This document shows, one piece after another, positions 13,021 through 27,010 of a stretch of DNA of 64,000 bases (position 1 is the stretch's first letter; each line of letters begins with the position of its first letter). Made by a program: the position numbers and the translations under genes. The notes under the pieces are model-generated. The model was given only the letters and a program-made list of their open reading frames with translations, was not told the DNA's origin and did not search any database. The stretch is from Octopus sinensis (taxonomy: Eukaryota): assembly GCF_006345805.1 (NCBI RefSeq), contig NC_043001.1, positions 49,476,001 through 49,540,000 on the forward strand, given 5' to 3'.

Positions 13021-16000
13021 TTGGCTCGGCTCTTTAAGCTATGAGTTCAAAACACCGCGCTGTGTCTTTACTCATGGGAGCATCTGATTACAAGCCGATG
13101 AATGAAATCCATGTTCTACCTCCTATATCCACCCTTCCACAGACCATATGGTAAGAGTTTTCCTGCAAATTTAGAGGCAGGAAATTATGCAGGCTGCATA
13201 CATAACAGATTTTGCTGTGGTGGAGAACAGCTTCCTTGTTAAAGATGGCGTGTAACTTGCAGAGTTGATATATCTTTAACTGAAAAGCTGTCATCCACCA
13301 CCACAACGTTTACTACCCACTCTGCATAATTTCCCTGCCACTAAATTTACAGCAAAGCTTTTCGGTGCTTGGGCAATGCGCCCTCAGCCAACTATGTAGA
13401 ATCTTTCTTTCCGTCGTTTCTCTTAAATTCTCTGTTAACTGCTTTGGATAGTAAATGCACCTCGCCTCTGAAGCAGTAGACATTGTGGGATATCTTATCA
13501 CTGTATCTTACTACACTCCTCACATTACTAAATCTCGTAGCACTAAATGCTTTAATGCAATTATGCATATAACGAAGACTATCAACTCTACAACACCCGG
13601 TGCAAGTTACTTATCATCTTTAACCGAAAAGCTATCATAACACCATCGCAATGTATCCTGTTTACTACGCAGCCTGCATAATTTCTCGCCTCTAAATTTA
13701 CAGCAAAGCATTTCGGTACCTGAGCAAGGAGCCATCAATAAACTATGCAGAATTCTTCTTTTCGTTGTTCCTCAATTAAAATAGTTCTACCTCTACAAAA
13801 GCATACTTTTGATAAAGCTGTCCAATTGTTTCTCGCGTGTTTTGCATAGTTTATGTATACATTGCAAACCTCTCCATTTCTTTACCGCCCAATTCACCAC
13901 CTCATGTGCAGTCGAGAAAGAGATGGCGTTTCCTCAACAGTGGTAGTGAACCTACCTACTTTAGTATCGAAATTTTAATTCCTCAGTAATCCTAATATTA
14001 GAGTACCACTTGCATTTAGACAAGTATTTTGGTTTTAGGTAAATGTTATGGTTAAGTTTTTTGTAACATGATATTATAGGAAGATTTTTTCAAAGTTCAT
14101 TGCGTGCCACCTAAAGGACGTGCGGCATGTCACTGCTGACACTTCAAGCACAGGTTTGCCGTCTCTAATCTATGCCGACGCTGAACCCTCGTGTTTGGTA
14201 CGAGGACTTCCTAAATATCTCCCCATCCACCCTGTCTCTCTCTCTCTCTCTCTCTCTCACAATTTATAGAATGGAACTTACAAGTCAGGCGACTTCTTTG
14301 AGTTTTATGTTAACGGAACTTCCTCCGATCCACGGACTATCAACTTTGATCTATTCTAAAGCTCTGTGTTACTTAATCTTCTGTACACATGCTTTATCCA
14401 CACACAACAAGATACTTTACGCCTTATTTATTCTTCTTTCATAATCACAGATATCAAAAACATTTTTCAATAGAGACATGAGAATGTGGCGTGCTTCACT
14501 GTTTCCACGCATACTAAAGAAACAGTTTTAGCATTACACTTTATCGTATCTCTTGCATATAAACGACAAGATACTTTAAATATGAGGCCTAACAAGATAT
14601 CCCAGGGTAACCGTTCTTATATAACACTTATATAAAACTGCCCTATAAAGACAGTGATTCCTCTTCTGGGTCTGAACAACATACTGTTTTGGTCAGTTTT
14701 CGATTTTCTTCAAAGTTTATATATGACTCACATTAGAATATTACTCGTAACTACGGAGGCGACATTACTACTTCATACACAGACATTTCATATCACATCC
14801 AATTGGACATCATTTACATGGTTTGCTTTAACCACACCCAGCTCAGTCATATTGCCTCATTTAGAGTTACAACAATGACTGCTGTTTCTCTGAGCAACCG
14901 ATCTGAAAACCTTGACCAATCTGATGTACATGCCTTTCTATCTCGACATCATTTCTATGGTTTTAATTATGAGAAAATCACCGACAACAAAAAGCTACAA
15001 GTTCTGGCATACATAAATGCAATCTGAGCAAGAAGTGCATCGAATCGATCTTACGGGTGTTGCCTCCTTTTAACTGAATTATTGATTATTTGATTGCTTA
15101 ATTAATTAATTGATATCGCGTTAAAATTTTCTAGAGGAATAAAACACTACCAAAATATTCTTCTGTCCTGGTATGTATGCATCAATTACTCTATCAAAAT
15201 AATTTTATGTATTAAGTTACACTCAACGATAAAAGGAAGATAATGAAATATTACTTTATAAAAAATGCGTGTGAAATAATATTAATCATATTGCTAATCA
15301 ATTATTTTTTTTTTTTCGTTTTCAGTGTCGCCTTTTTCTTTATATATAGTGCATTTATTTATCTTGGCATTTGTAAATACAGCCACTTATGATTGCCATT
15401 AGTAGCCATTACGAAGTAATAATTGATACAGATGGCAAGGCTGAAAATGTTAATTAATTGAGACAAAAAACCCCATGCATCAAACCAGTTTTGAATCAAT
15501 AAATTCTCTAAATCATTCAAGCGATGGTCGTCTGTAACAATACCTTAGAGAAACAAGGCATAGCTGCATTGTTAAAAAGCTTGCTTCACAACTAAGTGGT
15601 TTCGGGTTGAATCCCACTGCGTCTCATATTGAGCGATTGTTTTTCTTGTCTTTTTAGTGGTATCTGGAAAGACAATGTCTGTGTACTGTACCTCTGTGCA
15701 GCTATTTTTACAAATTGAGCAATTAGATAGAAACTCGTTTCTTCTTCTCTTAAGATATTATAACACGGTAAGTTTCACAGTGAAAGTTCGATCACTTATA
15801 GTTGCTATTACTCATCACATATGATACTAATGATTTTAGGGTAGGCATCAACATCATCTCTTCCACTCTACACTTTGGCTTCAAAATGTATGGTTAGAAA
15901 TTACTGATAATGGAACATAATACAATTTACTCCATTACATAACACAGGAAAGGCGGCGAGCTGGCAGAAACGTTAGCACGCCGGGCGAAATGCGTAGCCG

Positions 16001-16859
16001 TATTTTGTCTGCCGTTACCTTTCGAGTTCACCTTTCATCCTTTCGGGGTCGATAAATTAAGTACCAGTTGTGCACTGGATCGATCTAATCGCAAAAATTG
16101 GGGGCCTTGTATCTAGAGTAAAAAAGATTATATAACACAGGATGGTCATGGCGGTAATATCTTTCGCCTGAACAATAGCAAAAATCCAGCCACTATCAAA
16201 AGCGATAGCGATATTGGTTTCACATTTTGGCACAAGGGCAGTAATTTTTGGGATGGGGACTAGTCGATTACATCGACCCCAGTGCTCAGCTGGTACTTAT
16301 TTTATCAATTCCGAAAGGATGAAAAGCAAAATCGACCTCGGTAGAATTTGAACTGAGAACGACCATACAGATGAAATGTCGCTAAGCATTTTGCCCGGTC
16401 TGCTAACGATTCTGCCAGCTCGACACTTTTCAGATGATACGGATATTTTTAAAAGATCCGTGTACAATTGGTAATCGAACATGAAATTATTGATTCATTT
16501 CTTTTTTGTTTGTTTTGCATTGTTTTGTTTCTCCGACTGAAAATTACTCAGTATTTAAGATCCGTCTTGATCGTAGGTATCAAGATTTTCGTTTTGAAAG
16601 CACGCCTTCGTTCTTTGTGGCGGGCATCTTGGGTAAGTATCTTTTTCCGTAGCGCATTTTGTGTGTGGAATTTAATGAAGGGAAGCGTCGATGTGATCTC
16701 CGCTTCCCCACTGCTTACCCCTTCTTACAGAAGAGTGTATACGAGGAAAAAAAATTGTGTTTATCAAAAATCGCAACCTTCTTTAGTGTTCTTCTTCGTA
16801 CAGAACTATATCACACGATGTTACCTATATTATTTATTATTTTTATGCTCCCTTTTCAA

Positions 16860-17140
16860 TCCTAGCCAGGCTCATGGATCCGGTTTCTGTGGCGTATGTG
16901 TTCCCTCAGCTGGACGGGACGCCAGTCCATGGCAGCGTTACTCAAGAATCAGGAAGAAAGAGTGAGAGAAAGTTGGGGCGAAAGAGTACAACAGGGGTCG
17001 CCACCACCCCCTGCCGGAGCCTCGTGGAGCTTTAGGTGTTTTCGCTCAATAAACACACACCACACCCGGTCTGGGAATCGAAACTGCGATCCTCCGACCG
17101 CGAGTCCGTTGCCCTAACCACTGGGCCATTGCGCCTCCAC
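16860..17140 (-). mobile_element. tRNA-derived SINE, family K (tggaggcgcaatggcccagtggttagggc head)
   Basis: Reverse complement of the copy at 41871-42170; A and B boxes visible. Confidence 0.85.
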
Positions 17141-17551
17141 ATGTTACCAATCTACTGCTGAGCAAACTGAATAGTTGATAGTTAAATGTCTTGACCTTCG
17201 ACACAGTACAGTGAACTATAATGTATTGTGACTATACTTCACAGCTTAGTGTCGACAGGATATTAACTTTAGTCCTCTCTGTTACTAATGAAGGTGGGAT
17301 AAATCTTTACTTAACATTATTTCCTGGAACGAAGGAAAACAAAGTTGACCAAAGCAGAATTTAAACTCTGAGCAGAGGAGAGATTTCGCTTTATTTCGAA
17401 AAGCATAACATTCTGCTATTAGTGCCCTTCTGTATAATAAAGCATGAAAAAAATAAAATAATAAAATAGTCTTTTTTAAAGGTTAGTTAACGTGTTTTAT
17501 ATAAAGCAAGCCAGAAATCTGATTATAATTTTAAAAAATCTTTTTTAGCAC

Positions 17552-17557
17552 TTTATT
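17552..17557 (-). terminator. Candidate polyadenylation signal of gene B
   Basis: AATAAA on the minus strand ~220 nt past the stop; another at 17390-17395. Not verified by transcripts. Confidence 0.35.
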
Positions 17558-17778
17558 ATTATTTTGCTTCATTTTAAATATCTTTATTTCTCACCATATT
17601 TGTTTGACTCATATATGCATACACGTGCGTTTGTATGTATGTATGTATGTTTGTATGTATGTATGTATGTATGTATGTATGTATGTATGTATGTATGTAT
17701 GTATGTATGTATGTATGTATGTATGTTCATACATGCGTATGTATACATATAAATATGTGTCTTTGTAAGTGTAGCTGT

Positions 17779-17943
17779 TTAAAACTCGGTTTTCTCCCGC
17801 CTCTTAATGTATTGATCAATTTTCGGGTGTTCAGCCACTCGCTTCCGCAAAGCTTGCAGTTTGGGATAATCCTTCAGTAAGCTGGATTTATCATGCAATG
17901 GGTTCTCCAGTGCCGAATAACACATCAGGTCACACATAAGGAT
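17779..17943 (-). CDS. S-crystallin/sigma-GST gene B, coding exon 5 (last)
   Basis: Acceptor tttcattag; [54 protein letters not shown], the S-crystallin/GST C-terminal domain; 165 nt, phase 0. Confidence 0.95.
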   Translation of the reverse strand: MLMCDLMCYSALENPLHDKSSLLKDYPKLQALRKRVAEHPKIDQYIKRREKTEF

Positions 17944-18021
17944 CTAATGAAATGCAAGACAGATTATCTTTAATTTACTCCATAAAATAACTAATATATT
18001 ACAAACAACCATAAATAAGTA

Positions 18022-19276
18022 TTGGATCATTCCATAAATAATGCGGTTTTTTCAAATGCATGAACGAAAAGTTGGAGTGGGACGGGATAAACTACCTGCA
18101 TCAAGTTGCTATAAAAGAAGGTAGTAATATTACATTATACTTATTCATAGTAACAGTTTTGAAGGGTGCAGTTCGATTTTAACAGTTATTTTTTCAAAGC
18201 TATTATGGAAGTGACAAAGTAGCATATTCGGCATATTTTGCTTTATGAGTTCAATAAAGGCAACAACGCAACGGAAAGTGCGAGGAATATTAATGCAGTA
18301 TATGGGGATCGGACAATAAGCGTAAGCCAGTGTCAACGGTGGATCCAGAAAATCCGAGCCAGAAACTACAGCCTAGAAGACGAGCCTCGTCCTGTAAGAT
18401 CTGTAGAGCTCAATGATGACATCCTATAACCGGGGGGGGGGGAATCTCATCGAAACTGTTAAGGAACTAGCAGAGAAGCTTGGATTTGGTCATTCAACCA
18501 TTCATCGACACCTGTGTGCTATCGGAAAAGTCAACAAATTGGGTCAGTAGGTTCCTCACAAACTTTCCGAGTCTAATCGCACGCAGAGAGTGAATGTGTG
18601 CTCTTCCTTGCTGTCACGTCTCACGAATGAACCTTTTTTGGACCAAATAGTGACTGGTGACGAGAAATGGCTTCTCTAAAAAAATGTCAAGCGCCGAAGA
18701 CAGTGGGTAGGGCAAGGAGAAACATCGGCACCCCAGGCTAAAGAAGGTCTGTTTGGTGGGATATGAAAGGTTAAGTGGACTTTTAAACCCAAACCAAACG
18801 ATAACAAAGGAGATCTACTGCGAGCAGCTTGAGTGGCTTAAGTCAGCGCTAGAAAAAAAAAACGATCATCTTTAATTTCAAGACAAAAGTCGTTCTTCCA
18901 TCAAGATAATGCTCGGCAATATACAGCGAGGATGACATTCCAAAGGCTTGAGCAGTTTGAATGGGAAATGATGTCCCATCCACCATATTCACCGGACATT
19001 GCCCCATCTGATTATCATTTATTCTGCAGTCTTCAAAATCATTTGGACGTAAAAAATATGAATTCTGTAGACGAGGTGAGAACAATACTGGAGGAGTGTT
19101 TTTCGTCACGGACAAGTGAATTTTGGAAGAGGGGGCCTTGCAATTCTACAAGATAGGTGGAGTTTTTTGTAGAAAATGAAGGAGAGTATATTTTAGATTA
19201 AAAAAGAACTTTATTTGTCTTGATTTTGAAAAATAAAGAAGTATAAAAATACCACATTATTTATGGGATGACCCAA
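18022..19276 (+). mobile_element. mariner (DD34D-type) transposon, full length, frameshifted
   Basis: TA-flanked TIRs ttggatcattccataaataatgcgg / ccacattatttatgggatgacccaa; relic motifs IVTGDEKW, LHQDNAR, HPPYSPDIAPSDYHLF. Lies in gene B intron 4. Confidence 0.92.
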
Positions 19277-19494
19277 TACATACAAAAATAATTTAATTAG
19301 TTCAAAATCACAGTATACATATTTATATACAATATAAGTCGGTTTGAAAATCATATACACAAGCAATGTTTCTCTCTCATTCTTATTACTTTCTGTACAA
19401 CAGAATATCTATGTGCCCACAGTGAATACACAATAACCATAACTATCAATTATTACAATTATTTTAGGTAACTACAATTATTTTAGATAACATT

Positions 19495-19950
19495 GGTCTC
19501 AAATTTTGGCACAAGGCCAGCAGTTTCGGGGTGGGCGGGAGGGAGCAAGTCGATTACATCGATCCCAGTGCTCAACTGGTACTTATTTTATTGACTCTCG
19601 AAAGGGATGAAAAGCTGGGTTGATCTCGACGGTATTTGAACTCAGAAAGTAAAAGACGTAAAGACAGGTGAAATGCCGCTAAGCATTATGTCCGACGTAC
19701 TAACGATTCCTCCAGTTCTCCGCTTTAATAATAATGATTTCAAATTTTGGCGCGAGGCCAGCAATTTCAGGGGGAAGGGGTAAGTCGATCACAACGACTC
19801 CAGTACTCAACTGGTGCTTAATTTATCGTCCCCGAAAGGATGAAAGGCTAAGTCGACCTCAGCAGAATTTGAACTCAGAACACAAAGACAGACGAAACGC
19901 CGCTAGGCATTTTCCCCGACGTGCTAACAATTCTATCAGTTCGCCGTCTT
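19495..19950 (-). mobile_element. Two tandem SINE-M-related copies
   Basis: aaattttggc(a/g)c(a/g)aggccagca...gtcgattacatcga unit repeated at ~19500 and ~19740. Confidence 0.75.
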
Positions 19951-20139
19951 ATTTTTGAGTACACATTAATTTAAGATAACATAATATACGCATACAGCGG
20001 AAAGTACTTCAGGTGATGACTAAGCTATCTTACTCTTGGATATGTCAAATTCATACTGATAAGGCGATCAAGGTTAAGTAACGTGATTTTGTTTTCAAGC
20101 ACGATCCTGAAAGATAGCGTCATTTAGACGTTGATGCAT

Positions 20140-20396
20140 CTCTTTAATCTTTTTATCTTTTACTTATTTCACTCAATGTGCCGTGACCATACTGGGGCAC
20201 TGTCTTCAAGGCTGTAGTCGAACAAATCGCCCTCCAGTATTCATTTTAAGCCCGTTACTTATTCTATCGGTTTCTTTTGCCGAACCACTATATTAAGGGG
20301 ACGTAAACAAACCAACACTGGTTTTCAAGCGGTGGTGGGAGATAAACACAAAGACAAACACACTCTGAAACACGCACACAGACACAGACACACACA

Positions 20397-20441
<45 letters not shown>

Positions 20442-20865
20442 GACGGGCTTGTTTCAGTTTCCAATTACAAACCCAGTCACAAAATTTTGGTCGTCTCCGA
20501 GCTATATCAGAAGACATTTACCCAAAGTGCTGCGCGCCGGAATCGAACACGAGACCAGGTGGTTGAAAAGCAAGCTTCTCAACTACACAACCACGCATGC
20601 GCCTAAAATAATAAAGAAATTCTCCGTTACTGCTTTGGGAGTGATTGGATGTTATAAAGATAAAACACCAATGTACCAAAAATAGTATTATACTTTACTT
20701 GTTTCAGTCATTAGACTGCGGCCATGCTGGAGCACCGCCTAAAAGAATTTTCAGTCGAATGAATCGATCCCAGTACTTTTTATGTTAAACCTGGTACTTA
20801 TCCTATATGTCTCTTTTTCCGATCTGGAGTCGTAAACACACCAGCACCGGTTGTCAAGAGGTGGT

Positions 20866-20906
<41 letters not shown>

Positions 20907-21065
20907 TGGGTTTCCTTCAGTTCCGTCTACCGAATCCACTCACAAGGCTTTAAACGATCCAAGGCTATAGTAGAAGAAACTTGCCCAAGGTTCCACGCAG
21001 TGGGACTGAACCCGGAAACATGTGGTTGGGAAGCAAGCTTCTTACCATACAACCGCATCTGCGCC
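20140..21065 (-). mobile_element. Two SINE family C copies (ggcgcaggagtggctgtgtggtaag head, CORE-like gcaccttgggcaagtgtc, internal (TG)n)
   Basis: Reverse complements of the copies at 29671-30050 and 40381-41217. Confidence 0.8.
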
Positions 21066-21509
21066 TACTATTAGTATTACTAATATTTACTAATGCGTCT
21101 ACTAAGGTGGCGAACTAGCAGAATCGTTAGCACACCGGCCGAAATGCTTAGCAGTATTTCGTCTGCCGCTACGTTCTGAGTTCAAATTCCGCCGAGGTCG
21201 ACTTTGCCTTTCATCCTTTCGGGGTCGATTAAATAAGTACCAGTTACGCACTGGGGTCGATATAATCGACTTAATCCGTTTGTCTGTCCTTGTTTGTCCT
21301 CTCTATGTTTAGCCCCTTGCGGGTAGTAAAGAAATTTATTACTAGACATTACGCATATATTGTTTAGAATTCTTTTAATATAACAGAAGGAAGACACTTC
21401 ATGTACCTAAGGAACACGAAGCTGCTCCCGGGTTAAATCAAGTAAGGTTATATAGTGAAACCATGCAATTAAAACAAGAACACTGAAAAAATATCAATAT
21501 TAATCTTAC

Positions 21510-21617
21510 CTTATCTCCTACAAACCATTTATTGCCACTGTTGTTACTCGTAAGAGTTTTTTCCAAATAAGGCAAGATGCGGTCACACATAAGTTCATAT
21601 CTGCGGCGTAGTTCCTC
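21510..21617 (-). CDS. S-crystallin/sigma-GST gene B, coding exon 4
   Basis: Acceptor gtgtttgcag, donor gtaag; EELRRRYELMCDRILPYLEKTLTSNNSGNKWFVGDK; 108 nt, phase 0-0. Confidence 0.95.
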
Positions 21618-22968
21618 CTGCAAACACAAGGTTTACACGTTATTTCTCAACTACTTATCAATAATTTGGTTTGACTGAGATGGTCGAAACTTCACAGTCA
21701 TAATGGTTCTTTCTTTCTTTCTTTCTTTCTTTCGAAGTAAAACATGATTTAGTCTTCATAAGTATACGCAGGCCAGCCCTCATTCACCAAGAGTTACATA
21801 CCCGTTGGGTACCTTCAGCGCCATCAAGTCCCCGACTACCACAATCACTATTCCCTGTTCACACTGCTAAACAATTTCTCGGGTGCGATTTGCCCTTCTT
21901 AATCATCAACGCACCTACAAATTTCAACCCCAACTCCCGCGCTAGGACATCTCGACGGTCTTCGTCGCTCCGACCTACGAACATCCAAGTGAACTATCTT
22001 TGAAGCACTCCGTCGTTTACGACGATGAGGGTTCCGGTTGATCCGAATCAACGGAACAGCCTGCTCGTGAAATTAACGTGTAAGTGGCTGAGCACTCCAC
22101 AGACACGTGCACCCTTAACGCAGTTCTCGGGGATATTCAGCGTGACACAGAGAGTGACAAGGCCGGCCCCTTGAAATACAGGTACAACAGAAACAGGAAG
22201 TAAGAGTGAGAGAAAGTTGTGGTGAAAGAGTACAGCAGGGATTACCACCATCCCCTACCGGAGCCTCGTGGAGCTTTTAGGTGTTTTCGCTCAATAAACA
22301 CTCACAACGCCCGGCCTGGGAATCGAAACCGCGATCCTATGACCGCGAGTCCGCTGCCCTAACCACTGGGCCATTGCGCCTCCACCAAGTGAACTATAAG
22401 ACTACACCGTTGTACTTATTTACATCTAGGTGGACAGATACTAGTGTTTATCATGGATTTAATATAATGAGCTGCATAGATAATGTCTAAATTAAAAAGA
22501 GCAGATTGGCCAGATCAGTATTTCACTACCATTCACACTACTGCTAGCAAATTCACAACCATGTAACCACAAAAACTACACCACTTCAACGATGGCGACA
22601 ATAACTACCACTACCATCATCACCACCACCACCATCACCAGTACTAACGTCCTCACACCATCACCAGCTTCACCACCACCACCATCACTAATGCCATTAC
22701 TACCATCATTTCTAGTATCATTGTCACCAATACCTCTATTAATTACTAACACAACCATTACAAGCACTATTTTTACCCCCACCACTGCTATTACTATAAT
22801 CACCATCACCATTACTAACACTGTCATCATCAACGCCATCGCCGCTACCGTGATCACCACCACTACATTCCAATAAGTGACTGTAGAGAGGGAGTGAGTG
22901 AGAGAGAGAGAGAGAATTGGGATAGCAATGAGATATAAAGAGTGAGAGAAAATCCGATTGAGTTTGAC

Positions 22969-23084
22969 CTTCTTTGCTGGATCCTTCTCGTGGTACATCA
23001 ACATGTATTCATTACAGATGTCTTGAAAACAATCACAGATGGCATCAACTCTCAACATTTCTAGATTGTTCTGACCATGGAACC
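22969..23084 (-). CDS. S-crystallin/sigma-GST gene B, coding exon 3
   Basis: Acceptor tctttctgcag, donor AAG|gtcaaa; (G)[38 protein letters not shown]; 116 nt, the same length as the gene A exon. Confidence 0.92.
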
Positions 23085-23109
23085 CTGCAGAAAGACACAA
23101 TAGTAATAG

Positions 23110-23178
<69 letters not shown>

Positions 23179-24091
23179 GAATTAAACGCAGGTGTTATTC
23201 AAATTCTTTTACTTCCGACATATGTTTCGATGACAACATTGTTATTATTCCAAAGGAATAAAATGGTATAAAACAATGTAATCTTCTCATCAGGGAAAGA
23301 AAGAAAGAAACCATTATTACCTTTGAAGGTTATTTTTTCCATGCTGACTACATGATAAGTGCGTTATTTTATTTTAAATTAACGATATATATATATACAT
23401 ATTTATGATGTCGCAGTGCTATGGTAGTGGGTTGGCAGAACCGCTAAAGCGTCAGATAAAAATGACTGCAATATTTAGTCACTGCTTTTTTTTTTTTTAC
23501 ATTCGGAGTTCGAATCACGCTGTTTAATTTGCTTATATATACTACTGCGATTCAATGCAATTAAGTACTGCTCAAGCTATCTGGTAGGCATTGTTCGAAA
23601 TTATTATTCATAGTGTTAAGTCTTAAGATCATTTGTGAACCAGAGCTTAGAGAGTAAAGCTGGAATAAATTACTGAAGCGTGCCTTCCTCATGAAGCATA
23701 GTTAACAGGGATTATCATAGCTGTGCTAAGAATACTGAGCTGTGTTCTACTCAGAAATGGAACAGGGCATACGGTTACATCTATGAAGCTGAGGAAGGGA
23801 AGAAGGGGTGTAGATGTTTAAGTCCTCTCCGTATGTGTTGCAAAGAAGTGGGACAGCATGTCATTGGTTCTACGTGTATAAAAAATTTATATATACAAAT
23901 AATTAATTTTCATAAAAATATATTAAAACTGGAATTTTTAGGAGTTTTCTAAACATTGGAAACTTTAATAATTGCTTTTAGTCAAAATTGCTTAATTATA
24001 ATTAATTAATTAATAAGCAGATTACACCGTTGTAGTAAAGATAAAAGTAATAAGAAATATAAGAAACTAGAAAATAAACACTTCCACTCAC

Positions 24092-24187
24092 CAAATTCTC
24101 TTGCCAAATAGCGAGAGATGGCCATACTCTGAGGAATAAAGGTCTTCGGATCTAATTCTAGAACCGGTAGCATAGAACCAGGCATTT
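24092..24187 (-). CDS. S-crystallin/sigma-GST gene B, coding exon 2
   Basis: Acceptor tatcttttcag, donor gtgagt; (K)[31 protein letters not shown](G); 96 nt, phase 1-1; not shown as this frame in the ORF track. Confidence 0.95.
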
Positions 24188-24426
24188 CTGAAAAGATACA
24201 TGAAAGGACATATAACCAGTATGTATGTATGTATGCATGTATGTATGTATGTATGTATGTATGTATGTATGTATGTATGTATGTATTTATGCATGTATGT
24301 ATTTATGCATGTATGTTCATACGTACGAACGCACGTACGTACTTATGTATAAATGTATGTATGTAGGTAGGCATTTTCGTACGTAAGCTGCGTGGAAGTA
24401 TGCAAATATGTACGAGTGAGTGTGTT

Positions 24427-24463
<37 letters not shown>

Positions 24464-24503
24464 GCACACACACACACACACACACACTCAGATATATATA
24501 TAT

Positions 24504-24545
<42 letters not shown>

Positions 24546-26032
24546 TGGCCTGCTCGCTTAGCCAGCGGGGTGGCTTTTAATTACGACTCTGTCTTCTGAG
24601 TCCAAATCCCGATAAGGTAAACTTTACCTTTCATCACTCCGGATTTTGGGAAAAATAAAGTAGCAGTCAAGTACTATGTTGATGGAATAACCCCATCACT
24701 CGAAATTCCTGATCCACCTATCACCTTTCCATGAAAAACGCTACCTTGTCCAGGTTCTGCAGAGTATTGTCCCTGGTATTGATACATAAACAACCGTAAC
24801 CGATGGTGACTTTCGTACATTGACTTAGCATAATCCACCATTAAAGAATTAGGAGTGGTCTGTTAGTTTATTGATATAAAAGTTATTCAAGGCAGGATAT
24901 CAAATAACCGTCACAAGAATCCTAGACTGGTAAGACTGAGGTGAGGTTTGATATTCGGCTACGATATTTGTAGGTCAATATTTACAAATAAAAAAACAGC
25001 TTTGGTGAAGCAGAAATGAGCGAAGTGTATATGGCGAGGCTCAGGAGAAGATACATTCCTTATTGTTCTTGGATTTTAAAGAAGACCAAGACACCATTTC
25101 ATACACACTGACGAGTCTTCTTAAAGAGCATTAGCAATTGAAGAGACAACCGCGTGGATGGCTGTAGAAACACGAAACTCCCGTCTGTACTACAACGCTA
25201 CACCTTTCATACGATCCCGAGCGAGAGAACAATAAAAATAGTAGTGTTTCATTGTCGCAGAGAGAAAAACACACAGACAGGCAGAGATGCTCCGGGATTG
25301 GGATGGTACTCGTTTTCAACAAACAGAAATAATGTGAGTTGAAGTACCTTGCTCAAGGGTACAACATGATACCCGGATCAGGGAATAAACACATGGCTCT
25401 GTGATCGTGAGCCGAACATCTACACACTAGGCCACATATACACATATGTGTGATACCGCAACGAAAGGTCCACCGTGTGTTTGCGATTCCAGAAAGTTTG
25501 CGTTCTGACATACACCAGATTTGTATTAAATTAAGAGCCATATATACTAGACGACAAGCGTCAATGTTTTGTACCTGACGTCTTGGATAAGTCGCACGAG
25601 GGGCCGAGAAAACTAGAGATTTTCAGTAGGACGACTAGTGTTATTTACGTGTCTCAGCACCCATTAGGTTACGCATTGGTTCCATATTCTGTTGGCAGTG
25701 CTTATGCAAATAAATTCTATTCTTCCCTGATGTGAGCGACTAAGTTGGTTTCAGTAGTAGATGAAACTGAACGCATACATCCTACGGTACAGTAACGTCA
25801 CTCATAATCCCAGAAGTAATATGTGCTTTCACACAGGCGTAAGTCGAGAATTTTGCCTCCGGAATATTTCAACAGCGATAGGTCGTGATACGTCCGAAAG
25901 CGCTTGAAACTCTTAAACATTACTTTACACGAATACATCGACACCAGGCACGCGCACTGACACAGACACACACATACACTCTCTCCCACACACACGCATG
26001 TATGCATATCACATACATACAAACATACATAC

Positions 26033-26079
<47 letters not shown>

Positions 26080-26236
26080 ATATATTATATATAATATATA
26101 TATATATATTATTTATATTATAGGCAGTCTATTCATGAATTAGTTTACAGCTTCAGCAATAATTGCGCCAAACTCTAAAGGTAACTTACGGAAACCCTCT
26201 GAGTGTATACATATACACACACACACATGGACAAGC

Positions 26237-26302
<66 letters not shown>

Positions 26303-27010
26303 TATACATGTATATATACTCATACACGCGCACGTGCGCACACACACATACAAATATGTATGTAGGTATATTTAAAATATATGTATGTTTAGATTACACA
26401 TTCCTGTATATGCATGACTTTCCACGAATATATTTGTGTATATATGGGTGAGTGTCTATGTCTGTATACACAGACACACACACACATACACACATACATG
26501 TGTATATCTATATGCGTATGCGTGTGTGTGTGTGTGTGTGTGCATGTGTGTGTGTGTGTGAGTGTGTGAGTGTGTGTGTGTGCGTGGGTGTGTGAGACTC
26601 AGTGTATTGTTGTTCAGTTGAAAATGGTTTCAATATTTGAATTTATTTATTCCTTTATGCCACAGTGTTTTTCTTCTTTGTTTCTGCCTGTGACGCTTGA
26701 CTTTAACCCATGACAAACCAATTTTTCCCTTAACCTACATACACTGTCTTGTATTACTGTCTCTCAATAAACGTGACTATGCAATTTCAGTCACGTAATG
26801 CTTGCAAGACACTGTTGACTAGTTATATTTTTAAACATCAAATGGCTACAGGGCTCCACCACAATAAAATAGCAATCAAAGGGAGTCCGTAGATAAAAAT
26901 TGGCAGAGGACCTCTGCTGTAAAGACCTGATTAGTGCAGACAATGTCTGGATGCATCGGCTTATCTTAGACTGTCCAGTGTGTGCGGCGTATTGGTTATT
27001 CGCTCATATA

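Noticed and set aside
16468-16965. 165-aa + strand ORF
   Set aside because: Non-ATG start, no recognisable domain, and its 3' end runs into a SINE; the internal 8-bp hairpin at ~16680-16710 is too short to interpret.
22592-22876. Thr/Ile-rich mucin-like ORF and its Val-rich antisense
   Set aside because: Decayed (ACC/ATC)n trinucleotide tract in gene B intron 3; no splice support.
25105-25135. CTGACGA followed by a short stem
   Set aside because: No downstream GAAA or stem III, so not a hammerhead.
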